Assembly: GCA_016700175.1 (NCBI GenBank)
Contig: CP065003.1
Coordinates: forward strand, 1,805,238 to 1,869,237
Direction of reading: 5' to 3'
DNA length: 64,000 bases
From: Acidobacteriota bacterium
GTDB lineage: Bacteria > Acidobacteriota > Blastocatellia > Pyrinomonadales > Pyrinomonadaceae
Both the position numbers and the translations under genes were made by a program. A model generated the notes under the pieces. The model was not told the DNA's origin and did no database searches. It saw only the letters and a list, made by a program, of their open reading frames with translations. Positions 34,641 through 43,223 of this stretch are shown piece by piece (within the stretch, counting starts at the first letter, position 1; each line of letters opens with the position of its first letter).

Positions 34641-35342
34641 ATGAACGGACAGGAATTCGAGGCGGAGAACCTCCCGGCGGAGGATCAGGCCGCTGAAGAT
34701 GAGATCAGATTCAACGACAAGCGCCGGTTCAACGAGCAGGGCGAAAGAGTGAAAGTAGAGGTCAAAGACGGCGGCAATGAAGAGCGGGCTGAAAACCCGG
34801 AGCGGACGAAATCGCCCGAGCTCCTGAAGGTGGAGGCCGCGCTTAAGGAAACCGCGCTTCGCTGCGAGGCGGCTGAAGCGAAATTGATCGAGGTCCAGAA
34901 GCGCTTCGAGGCGGAGCGCGCGAAGCTCGAGGCCGAGACCGCTGAAATGCGCGAGCGTATGAAAAAGTCGCTCGAACAGCGCGCAGAGGCGGACCGCTTC
35001 AATTTCCTCACGACGCTGCTTCCCGTCCTCGACAATCTGAACCTCGCGATCGAGGCGAGCGAACGGGATTCCTCGTTCGAACACCTCCTCACCGGTGTAA
35101 AAGGAACCGAGCGGAGTTTCCGCCAGGCGCTCTTGAACGTCGGCGTCGAGCCCGTCGCGTCTGTAGGCGAGCTTTTCAATCCGGAGATCCACGAAGCGGT
35201 CGACCTGGTCGCCTGCGATCCGGAGGACGAAGGCAAGATACTTGCGGAGTATTCCGCAGGATATACATTCAAGGGAAGGCTGCTCAGGCCGGCCAGGGTA
35301 CAGGTCGGCACCGTGGTCAACGCAGGTACCGCGGCCGAGTGA
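34641..35342 (+). CDS. grpE: nucleotide exchange factor GrpE
   Basis: Long N-terminal coiled coil plus the conserved C-terminal GrpE beta domain (FNPEIHEAV...). Confidence 0.9.
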   Translation: MNGQEFEAENLPAEDQAAEDEIRFNDKRRFNEQGERVKVEVKDGGNEERAENPERTKSPELLKVEAALKETALRCEAAEAKLIEVQKRFEAERAKLEAETAEMRERMKKSLEQRAEADRFNFLTTLLPVLDNLNLAIEASERDSSFEHLLTGVKGTERSFRQALLNVGVEPVASVGELFNPEIHEAVDLVACDPEDEGKILAEYSAGYTFKGRLLRPARVQVGTVVNAGTAAE

Positions 35343-35510
35343 CCTACGCCATTCTTAGCCCAGATCATCGATAAATGTTGAAAAGATTGGCCGCTTTGGG
35401 CTAAAGTCGAGCCGCGGGCGCCCGTTCGGGAGTCCTCGGCTCGTTCAATCTACGGTGGCAGATCGATGGTCGTGAAATTTGGAAACTGGAGTCTGGGAAT
35501 CGGTTCCGAA

Positions 35511-37058
35511 ATGACGGAAATCGCAAGGAAACCGCTCGCTCTCGTAATTCTCGACGGCTGGGGCTATTCCCCTGTGCGCGAAGGGAACGCCATCGCCCTC
35601 GCTCACACGCCGAATTACGACCGGATCTGCGCGGAATTCCCTTCCACGTTGCTTGCCGCTTCGGGTGAGAGGGTCGGCCTGGCGAACGGAGCCGCGGGCG
35701 ATTCGGAGGTCGGCCATCTCGCGATCGGCACGGGCCGGATCGTAAAGGGCATCGAGCACAAAATCCTCGCCTCGATCGACGACGGCTCTTTCTTCGAAAA
35801 TCCCGCATTGAACGCCGCCTATGATTCCGCGAACGCGCGCGGGTCGGCCATCCATCTGATCGGGCTTGTTTCCGACGGCGGCGTACATTCCACACTTCAA
35901 ACATTGTTCGCGCTCCTTCGCCTTGCCAAGAAGAAAGGGATCACGGAAAACGTCTTTGTCCACGCCATACTCGACGGCAAGGACGTTGCACAGCGAACCG
36001 CCGACGTTTACATCGAAATGCTCGGTATCAAGCTCGCCGAGATCGGGATCGGCAAGGTTGCGACGCTCTGCGGAAGGCATTACGCGATGGATTCCTCGCA
36101 GAACTGGGACCGGACCGTGCGTGCGTTCACGATGCTGGTGCATTCCGAAGGCGAGCCGGCGAACGATCCCGTTGAAGCCATTCACGGATCGTTCCTTCGG
36201 GGCATCTCCGATGAGTTCATCCAGCCTGTCATCATCGGGAACGGGAACGGCGAGCCGGTCGGAAAGATCAGGGACGGCGATTCTGTCGTGTTCTTCAATC
36301 ACCGGCCTGACGGTATGCGACAGCTCGCAAGGACCCTGGCAGTTTCAGAAATTGGCGAAGAAGGATTCGGGAAGCCGAAGATCGCCGCGGTGTGCCTGAC
36401 CGAATACGACGAGAACTTCGAGCTGCCGGTAGCATTCAAGGATTCGGAACAGGCCGAGGGACTGGCGCGGGTCTTCGCCGAAAACGGCATATACAACTGC
36501 AGGGTTTCTGAGGCAGACAAATTCCGGTACGTGACCCAGTTCTTTAACGGCGGCACCGGCAGCAAACATCCGTGCGAACAAAGGATCGCGGTGCCCGCGC
36601 GTCCGGACCCCGCTCACGAAGCTCCCGAAATGGGATCGTTCAAGGTCACCGACCGGCTGCTTCGGGGCCTGGAAGAAGGCGACAACGAGGTGTTCGTCGT
36701 CAATCTTTCAGCCGCGGACATCGTCGCTCATTCCGGGAATCTGGAGAAGACTGTCGAAGCGGTCCAGTTCGTCGATACCTGCCTGGGCGGGATAGTCGGC
36801 AAGGTTCTGGAGGTCGGAGGAGCGGCGATCGTGACGGCCGACCACGGGAACATCGAGCAGATGATCGACCCGCGGACCGGAAGGCCCGATCCGCACCACA
36901 CCTCGAACCCAGTTCCCTTTCACCTGATCACTTCCGATCCTTCCTCATATATTCTGCGCGACGGCGGCGCGCTCGAGGACATCGCTCCGACGATGCTCGG
37001 TATCCTCGGGCTCGAGAAGCCTGAGGAGATGACCGGGCGGGACCTCAGACTCAGCTGA
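35511..37058 (+). CDS. gpmI: 2,3-bisphosphoglycerate-independent phosphoglycerate mutase
   Basis: LVILDGWG and GLVSDGGVHS motifs. Start set at ATG 35511 (MTEIARKPLALVILDGWG). Confidence 0.93.
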   Translation: MTEIARKPLALVILDGWGYSPVREGNAIALAHTPNYDRICAEFPSTLLAASGERVGLANGAAGDSEVGHLAIGTGRIVKGIEHKILASIDDGSFFENPALNAAYDSANARGSAIHLIGLVSDGGVHSTLQTLFALLRLAKKKGITENVFVHAILDGKDVAQRTADVYIEMLGIKLAEIGIGKVATLCGRHYAMDSSQNWDRTVRAFTMLVHSEGEPANDPVEAIHGSFLRGISDEFIQPVIIGNGNGEPVGKIRDGDSVVFFNHRPDGMRQLARTLAVSEIGEEGFGKPKIAAVCLTEYDENFELPVAFKDSEQAEGLARVFAENGIYNCRVSEADKFRYVTQFFNGGTGSKHPCEQRIAVPARPDPAHEAPEMGSFKVTDRLLRGLEEGDNEVFVVNLSAADIVAHSGNLEKTVEAVQFVDTCLGGIVGKVLEVGGAAIVTADHGNIEQMIDPRTGRPDPHHTSNPVPFHLITSDPSSYILRDGGALEDIAPTMLGILGLEKPEEMTGRDLRLS

Positions 37059-37061
37059 AGA

Positions 37062-37124
37062 GTTCAAGGTTCCAGGTTCAAGGTTCAAGATTCGCGGTTC
37101 AAAATTCCAGGTTCAAAGTTCAAA
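37062..37124 (+). repeat. heptamer tandem array (GTTCAAG family) x9
   Basis: Starts 4 nt after the gpmI stop codon. Same word as 11411-11438. Confidence 0.93.
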
Positions 37125-37155
37125 GAGAGGCCGTATGCGTGCGTATCGCCTATTC

Positions 37156-37303
37156 GCTCAAAGCTCGTCCCGATCCGTTCGAGGCTCGTCTGAGTCCGTT
37201 CGACCTCGTCTCGATCCGTTCGAGGCTCGTCTCGATCCGTTCGAAATTCGTCTCAGTCCGTTCGAAGCTCGTCTCGATCCGTTTAGAGCAGCGCTTGCGC
37301 TGC
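37156..37303 (+). repeat. 21-bp tandem repeat x6 ending in a module-A hairpin
   Basis: The GTTCGA anchor recurs at 37177, 37198, 37218, 37239 and 37260. At 37281 the unit becomes GTTTAGAGCAGCGCTTGCGCTGC. Confidence 0.92.
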
Positions 37304-37341
37304 AATAGTCGTGCGTAGCACGGCTCGATCCAAACAGCACG

Positions 37342-37650
37342 ATGTTCTCCAAAATTCGAAAATGGCTCTCGGGAGCTCCTGCCGACAAAAAGGATGGTGA
37401 CCCCCCTCCTTCTCGAATAGGTGAAACTCCTCCTTCTCGATTATTGGTCAGGGTTATCGGAATCTCTGGAGACAATACGATAGCGGTAATCGTCCTGTAC
37501 GGGGAGGGCTGGGTAACGCACTGGTCGTTGGAAGACGTCCCGTTCGACCTCCGCTTTCCAAACTCTGAATTTTATTGGACCTTTGACCGAGTGGGCGCTA
37601 CTCCCTATATCGAGCGGATCGAAGATGTCGATTTCAATCTTGACGACTGA
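37342..37650 (+). CDS. hypothetical small protein
   Basis: 102-aa ORF in a lower-G+C islet bracketed by repeats. No recognisable domain, so the coding status is uncertain. Confidence 0.35.
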   Translation: MFSKIRKWLSGAPADKKDGDPPPSRIGETPPSRLLVRVIGISGDNTIAVIVLYGEGWVTHWSLEDVPFDLRFPNSEFYWTFDRVGATPYIERIEDVDFNLDD

Positions 37651-37700
37651 CACCCCGACCTCAGGCCGGATTCTAGAACTACAGATTCCCAATTCGATTT

Positions 37701-37965
37701 CGCGTTCTTCTTTGCGGTCCTTTGCGGCTTGGAGCCTTTGCGGAATCTCTTCGTTCTCAAAGAAGAGACAGGATGAACAGGATAATTTAGGATGGGTCGC
37801 TCCGCGTTCTTCTTTGCGGTCCTTTGCGGCTTGGCGGCTTCGCGGGATCTATTCTTTCTCAAAGAAGAGACAGGATGAACAGGATAGTTTAGGATGGGCC
37901 CCTCCGGGTTCTTCTTTGCGGTCCGTTGCGGCTTGCCGCCTTCGCGGGAGATCTTCTGTTGGTGA
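37701..37965 (+). repeat. 102-bp tandem repeat x2.6
   Basis: The CGCGTTCTTC anchor recurs at 37701 and 37803, and as CGGGTTCTTC at 37905. Each unit combines CTTTGCG words with ACAGGAT words. Confidence 0.93.
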
Positions 37966-37973
37966 GAGATTCC

Positions 37974-38255
37974 TCACGCCAACACATATAGTCTCGTGAA
38001 GAAGAAGAGAAAAGCCCAGATCGCAACAATCCCCAACGTCAGAAAAGCTACGCGTTTAGGGAGACCGCCTACACCGAGGATTAGTGCCAACACCGCAGAG
38101 ATTAGAGAGATCGTTAGGAGTGCTGCGGCGAAGTTTCCGGATTCAAAGTGCCACTTCGCCTTCACATAAACGACTATTATCAGTGAAACCATTGCAAGCG
38201 ATAAGCTTAGCCACTTGGGTATTTCAATGTCGATGAATTCGTTGCGAATGGCCAC
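37974..38255 (-). CDS. hypothetical small membrane protein (3 predicted TM helices)
   Basis: 93-aa ORF with three hydrophobic stretches. Lower G+C than the surrounding genes. Confidence 0.45.
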   Translation of the reverse strand: MAIRNEFIDIEIPKWLSLSLAMVSLIIVVYVKAKWHFESGNFAAALLTISLISAVLALILGVGGLPKRVAFLTLGIVAIWAFLFFFTRLYVLA

Positions 38256-38445
38256 GACCGAAATGTATCACTGGTTGGGATCTCGACTCCAGCAAGTTGG
38301 GGAAGTTTACTAAAGAGCGGGAGATCGAACACCGATACCCATTGGCCGCTGATCGCTGAACACTGACCACTGACGGTTGGACACCTTCGCCCCCTCCTTG
38401 CTACGCTTCATCTTTCATTTTTTCCACCCGAGGAATTCCTGCCAG

Positions 38446-39069
38446 ATGATCGACGAACTCACGTTTGACAACACCGACGAAAGAAGACGCAGAAGACAAA
38501 ACGGGACCGGCTGGATCGAAGTGATCGTCGGCTCGATGTTCTCCGGCAAGTCCGAAGAGCTGATCCGGAGGCTCAACCGCGCGAAGATCGCCCGCCAGAA
38601 AGTGCAGGTCTTTAAACCACACATCGACGACCGTTACTCGGTCGAGGAGATCGCGTCGCATTCCGGGATGACGCACATCTCGAAGCCCGTGATGACTGCC
38701 GACGAGCTCCTTTCCCAGATCGACGACGATACTGAAGTGATAGGGATCGACGAGGGCCAGTTCTTCGATATGGAGGTCGTGGAAGCTGTCAACGATCTCG
38801 CCAACCGAGGGATCCGCGTGATCGTCGCGGGACTCGACCAGGACTACATGGGCAAGCCGTTCGAGCCTATGCCCCAATTGCTCTCCATCGCCGAATTCAT
38901 CACCAAGACCCACGCGATCTGCGTGAAATGCGGGAACACCGCGAACTACTCGCAAAGGACGTTCGAATCGGAAGAACGCGTCGAGGTGGGCGCCGCCGGA
39001 CGCTACGAGGCGAGATGCCGCGCGTGCTTCATCCCGCACGCGGACAAGCCGACGGATCTTGGTCAATAG
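38446..39069 (+). CDS. tdk: thymidine kinase
   Basis: P-loop GSMFSGKSEEL and C-terminal zinc ribbon CVKCG...CRAC. Start set at ATG 38446. Confidence 0.9.
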   Translation: MIDELTFDNTDERRRRRQNGTGWIEVIVGSMFSGKSEELIRRLNRAKIARQKVQVFKPHIDDRYSVEEIASHSGMTHISKPVMTADELLSQIDDDTEVIGIDEGQFFDMEVVEAVNDLANRGIRVIVAGLDQDYMGKPFEPMPQLLSIAEFITKTHAICVKCGNTANYSQRTFESEERVEVGAAGRYEARCRACFIPHADKPTDLGQ

Positions 39070-39108
39070 TAAATCGTGAATTGTGAACGGTGTCGATAGC
39101 GCCGGGGT

Positions 39109-39296
39109 TCATCAGTACCGGGAGCGGTAGCGACCGGCCCTCTTTGCTGAATATGTTAGGAAGTGGTAATACGTTTTCGGCGCCGTGGCATCGAGACCAC
39201 GAACATACTCATATAACAGAAATCAAAGTGATTCCGAACGTATTGAATCGAAATGGGCTGAAGAGGGCCGGTCGCTACCGCTCCCGGTACTGATGA
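39109..39296. mobile_element. MITE-like element, 188 bp, 36-bp perfect terminal inverted repeats
   Basis: TCATCAGTACCGGGAGCGGTAGCGACCGGCCCTCTT (39109-39144) has its exact reverse complement at 39261-39296. The centre is AT-rich and 116 bp long. No transposase is present. Confidence 0.55.
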
Positions 39297-39339
39297 GCCA
39301 GGGCTACTGACACCTTCCTCAATTTTCAATTCCCAATTC

Positions 39340-40293
39340 TCAATCCACGGAAAGCACTTCTTCCCACCCTTCTTCCAGCCCGAATTCCGGCTCGAATCCA
39401 AGCTCCTCCCGGATCAGTGATCCATCGACCGCGATGTCCTCGTTGATCTTCTCGATCAGAGGCGTCAAACGCATCTCCTTTCCCGCGATCTTCAGGAATA
39501 CATCCCCACCGGCGAAGGCCGCCCGCGCGAGCGATTCCGGAAGATGTATCGAGGGCGGTTTCTTTCCGAGGGCTTTGGATATCGCGACAACGATCTCTTC
39601 GAGCGTGTGAACCTCGCCGTCCGTCACGTTGTAGATCTTCCCGTTCGACCGCTCGTCGTTCGCGCAGAGTATCGCCGCGCGGACCGCGTCCCTTTCGTAG
39701 ACAAGCGTTCGGCGGTTCTTTCCGGCGCCCACGTACGCGAACATCCCTTTCCTGATCGCTGAGACAAGCTTCGGAAAATTCCCTTTCATTCCCTTTCCGT
39801 AAACGGCAGCGAATCGCAACACCGTTCCGCCCGGATGGTCCAGGACAAGCCTTTCCGCTTCGGCCTTCGTTTCCGCATACGGACCGGAAGGATCAGCCGG
39901 ACTCAACTCGTCGAACGGACCGCCGGCTCCGTACACGTTGATCGTGCTGGCGAATATGAAGCGCTCGCATTCGGAAAGCTCGATCAAAGAGCGGGTCGAA
40001 CCAACATTTACTTCTTCGTATTCGCGGCGCAGATCATCGGCCGGATCGTTGATATGGAGCTTGGCGGCGAAGTGATAGATCGTCGTTACGCCTTCGACCG
40101 CTCGGCGCACGACTTCCTCGTCCCTCAGATCGCCCACGATGACCTCGACCTGTTCCGGAAAGGATACCGATGCGGGGTCGCGGACCTCGGCGCGGACAGA
40201 GACACCTGAGCGCGCGAGTTCTTCGACCAGCACTCGTCCCACGGCGCCTGAAGCGCCGGTCACAAGGACCTTCGGTTTTCCGGCTTCAGTCAT
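39340..40293 (-). CDS. NAD-dependent epimerase/dehydratase
   Basis: Rossmann motif VLVTGASGAVG. Start set at ATG 40293 because the 5' part of the 390-aa tracked ORF overlaps the glycosyltransferase gene. Confidence 0.85.
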   Translation of the reverse strand: MTEAGKPKVLVTGASGAVGRVLVEELARSGVSVRAEVRDPASVSFPEQVEVIVGDLRDEEVVRRAVEGVTTIYHFAAKLHINDPADDLRREYEEVNVGSTRSLIELSECERFIFASTINVYGAGGPFDELSPADPSGPYAETKAEAERLVLDHPGGTVLRFAAVYGKGMKGNFPKLVSAIRKGMFAYVGAGKNRRTLVYERDAVRAAILCANDERSNGKIYNVTDGEVHTLEEIVVAISKALGKKPPSIHLPESLARAAFAGGDVFLKIAGKEMRLTPLIEKINEDIAVDGSLIREELGFEPEFGLEEGWEEVLSVD

Positions 40294-41509
40294 CTTCCAG
40301 TTCGAAAAGGTCGGAGTATTTCGCGAGCGCGGTCTCGAAAGAGTACTTCGTCTCCGCCGCCCGCCTTGCCCTCGCGCCCATCCCGGCAAGTTCATCCCGC
40401 CTGGTACTCGCGTCAACGATCGCCTCAAGAAGTGCTTCAGCATCGTGCGGAGGCACAATCCACCCGCAATCTTCTTCTTCCACAACGATCGCCGTTTCGG
40501 AGCCCTCTTCAACGATCGCGATGATCGGCTTCCCTGCCGCGAGGAAATTGTAGGTCCGGCTCGGCATCGCGAGCGCCTTCATTCCTTCCACGAGCGTCAC
40601 GATTGCGACGTCGCATGCGTTCAGGAAATTTGTCTGGTCCGAACGGGGCCTCGGACCGACGATGGTGATGTTGTCGAACCCGAGCTCTTCTTTCTGTTTC
40701 TCGAGCCGTGCTTTCTTCCCGCCCGCGCCCACGAACAGGAAGTGGACATCTTCTTTTCCGCGCTTCTTCAGTTCGCCGGCGGCCTCGACGATGCTCTCGA
40801 TATCCTGCGGAGGACCCATATTTCCCGCGTACAGCACGACGAACTTGTCCAGCAGGCCCAGCTCCTTGAGCAGAGCGTTCTCCGAACGGTCGGTCGGAGA
40901 CACCTCCTCGAGCGACGCCCAGTTCTGGATCGTCACGATCCGCTCACGGTCGGCTCCGGGTTCATCCGCGACCGCCTCTTCCATGTCCCGCCCGACGGCA
41001 ATGATTTTCGCCGCTCCGGAGTAGAGCCATCGGTTGAGCCTCCTGATCAACTTTACAAGGAAAGATCCTTCGCGTATGTTCCCGGTCGCGACAAGGATCT
41101 CCGGGTACTTGTCGTGAAGAAGAAAGTAGTAAGGCACGCCCCTGAAACGGCACACGAGCGCGATCAGATAAGGGAGCGACGGAGGCGCGGAGACGACAAG
41201 GACCTTGTCGGTCTTTCGGAAACGGAACAAAGCGTTGAGGAACATCGACGTCCCCAGCGTAAGCATGTTCGTCAGCCGGAACAGAAGTACGTTCTTGTCG
41301 AGTGTCGTTCCGCGGCATCGCCTTACATCGACGCCGTTGAGTTCTTCGGAATTGGGAGCGCGAACGCCCCTGGAAAGATAGCTGGGCTGGCCGCAGAGCA
41401 CCGCGACGTCGGTCCTGCGGGCGAGCCCTTCCGCCGTCTGCGTGAGGTAATAGGCGGTCGTGTTCTCTTCGGGAGCGTAGGGCTCGCCTACGACCCAGAT
41501 TCGGTTCAT
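40286..41509 (-). CDS. glycosyltransferase family 4 (WcaI-like)
   Basis: MNRIWVVGEPYAPE N-terminus and C-terminal ...MPSRTYNFLAAGKPIIA block. Start set at ATG 41509. The remaining 328 upstream codons of the tracked ORF have no protein-like features. Confidence 0.85.
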   Translation of the reverse strand: MNRIWVVGEPYAPEENTTAYYLTQTAEGLARRTDVAVLCGQPSYLSRGVRAPNSEELNGVDVRRCRGTTLDKNVLLFRLTNMLTLGTSMFLNALFRFRKTDKVLVVSAPPSLPYLIALVCRFRGVPYYFLLHDKYPEILVATGNIREGSFLVKLIRRLNRWLYSGAAKIIAVGRDMEEAVADEPGADRERIVTIQNWASLEEVSPTDRSENALLKELGLLDKFVVLYAGNMGPPQDIESIVEAAGELKKRGKEDVHFLFVGAGGKKARLEKQKEELGFDNITIVGPRPRSDQTNFLNACDVAIVTLVEGMKALAMPSRTYNFLAAGKPIIAIVEEGSETAIVVEEEDCGWIVPPHDAEALLEAIVDASTRRDELAGMGARARRAAETKYSFETALAKYSDLFELEDD

Positions 41510-41557
41510 CACGGGCAATGGTATAGATTTGAAGCATTTAGGGTCAAGGCGGTCCAA

Positions 41558-42055
41558 ATGCCCGAAAACATCGAACAATTCTACCGGTCGGTCGACGAGC
41601 GCGTAAGTGAGCTCGAGAGCAGGCACGGCGAACGGCTCAATTGCCGCAAAGGCTGTTCGTCTTGCTGCGTCGACGGCATCACCGTTTTTGAGTTCGAAGC
41701 GGAGAACATTCGCTCGAAACACGCGGAATTGCTGAAGAACGGCTCGCCTCATCCGGAAGGCGCGTGCGCATTCCTCGACTCGGAGGGCGCCTGCCGTATC
41801 TACGAAGACCGTCCGTACGTGTGCCGGACGCAGGGACTTCCACTCCGATGGCTCGACGAGCTCGAAGGCAGAACCGTCGAATATCGGGACATCTGTCCTT
41901 TGAACGAGGAAGGCGATGAGCCTCTGGAATCGATCGGTCCCGAAGACTGTCTTACTCTCGGCGAGTTCGAGGGCCGGCTCGCTCATTTGGAAAATATCCG
42001 TTCGGACGGGAGGTCCCGCCGCATCTCCTTGAGAGACCTCTTTTCGAATAGCTGA
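41558..42055 (+). CDS. YkgJ-family cysteine-cluster (zinc/iron-chelating) protein
   Basis: CRKGCSSCC and GACAFL...GACRIYEDRPYVCR motifs. Start set at ATG 41558 within the long tracked ORF. Confidence 0.75.
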   Translation: MPENIEQFYRSVDERVSELESRHGERLNCRKGCSSCCVDGITVFEFEAENIRSKHAELLKNGSPHPEGACAFLDSEGACRIYEDRPYVCRTQGLPLRWLDELEGRTVEYRDICPLNEEGDEPLESIGPEDCLTLGEFEGRLAHLENIRSDGRSRRISLRDLFSNS

Positions 42056-42110
42056 GTATTGTCCGGGAACCGATGTTCGGTTAAAATCCGCATAAGCAAG
42101 CCCGCCTAAA

Positions 42111-43133
42111 ATGTTGAGATCACTTGTCATAGCTTCTTTCTTCTCGATTTTCTGGATAACACCGTTGAAGTCGTATTCGCCGCGGTTCGTTTCATCCGAG
42201 ACGTGTTCGCGCTCCGCGCTCAATGCAGCGCAAAGCGCTGCTCCAAACGGGCGCTGTCTGACGCGCGGGGTTCCGCTTTCGCCTGGGCTCCTTCTTTCCG
42301 GCGAAAAGCCGGACTTCCTGAAGATCGTCAGCGCAAAGCTGGAGAAACAGCACGGGATCGGCCTTTTCGAGGCGTGTTCTGTCAACGACGACCTCGGTGC
42401 CGAGACGGTGTTCAGGGAGTACGGCGCAGTGTTTGTCGCGGAGGGTGTGACCGTACCTTCAAAGTGCATCTTTGCCACCGAAGCGGAGGTCACGGCGTTT
42501 CAGTCGAAACTGGAAACAAGCACGCGATCGGTCGGCGGGACAACGATCACGCTCCAGAGACCGGCGATGGACGCTTTGATCGCGGCGAGAGAAGCGGCCC
42601 GCAAATCAGGGCTTTCGATCACGCCCCGCGGAGGCCCGAACGCCGCCTCGAGGAGTTTCGCGACGACACTGCGGTTCTGGAACTCGAGATTATATCCCGG
42701 CCTCGAGCACTGGAAACGGCAGGGCAGGATCACGGCGAAAGACGTCGCCGACATCCGCAAAGCCACTATTCCCGAACAGGTAGATAAGGTGCTCAGGTGG
42801 GAGCAGGAAGGTATATACTTCGCGCGAGGATTTTCGAAATCGATACTCTATTCCGTCGCGGCGCCCGGCGCGTCGCAGCACATCTCGATGCTTGCCCTGG
42901 ATGTGACCCAGTTCGGCAACGGGCGTGTCAGGGAGATCCTTGCGAAGCACGGCTGGCACAGAACGGTTCTCAGTGACCTGCCGCATTTTACCTATCTCGG
43001 CGTGCCGGAAAACGACCTGCCGAGACTCGGGCTGGAGAAGAAAACGTCGGGAGGCGAGGTTTTCTGGGTACCGGATCTCAGGACTGAGAAAGAAGGACTG
43101 AGGACTGAGAACGGCACGGGCGAGGTACGATAG
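42111..43133 (+). CDS. M15-family (VanY/D-Ala-D-Ala carboxypeptidase-like) peptidase
   Basis: SQHISMLALDV (SxHxxxxAxD) and DLPHFTYLG metal-ligand motifs. Start is uncertain. The last ~17 codons and the stop lie in repeat sequence. Confidence 0.65.
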   Translation: MLRSLVIASFFSIFWITPLKSYSPRFVSSETCSRSALNAAQSAAPNGRCLTRGVPLSPGLLLSGEKPDFLKIVSAKLEKQHGIGLFEACSVNDDLGAETVFREYGAVFVAEGVTVPSKCIFATEAEVTAFQSKLETSTRSVGGTTITLQRPAMDALIAAREAARKSGLSITPRGGPNAASRSFATTLRFWNSRLYPGLEHWKRQGRITAKDVADIRKATIPEQVDKVLRWEQEGIYFARGFSKSILYSVAAPGASQHISMLALDVTQFGNGRVREILAKHGWHRTVLSDLPHFTYLGVPENDLPRLGLEKKTSGGEVFWVPDLRTEKEGLRTENGTGEVR

Positions 43134-43189
43134 GCTTCAGCCTGTCGAAGTCCGCGCTTTCGCGCGGCGCAAGCTGAGGTCCGCGCGAC
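43128..43189. repeat. hairpin module D plus module B (minus orientation)
   Basis: CGATAGGC-TTCA-GCCTGTCG (43128-43147) contains the M15 gene stop codon. Diverged module B at 43152-43189. Confidence 0.88.
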
Positions 43190-43223
43190 AGATGTCAGGC
43201 GAGTTTCTCCGAAACAGTAACCT

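Noticed and set aside
39109-39296. Invertible promoter switch (inverton) flanked by the 36-bp inverted repeats.
   Set aside because: It lies between the 3' ends of convergent genes, so there is nothing for an invertible promoter to drive. No invertase gene is nearby. A MITE-like element is the simpler reading.
40139-41557. N-terminal 473 codons of the 638-aa plus-strand ORF, and the upstream 328 codons (41510-42493) of the 735-aa minus-strand ORF.
   Set aside because: The first overlaps the epimerase and glycosyltransferase genes antisense. Only the last 165 codons (YkgJ-type cysteine cluster) look like a protein. The glycosyltransferase homology begins at MNRIWVVGEP (ATG 41509).
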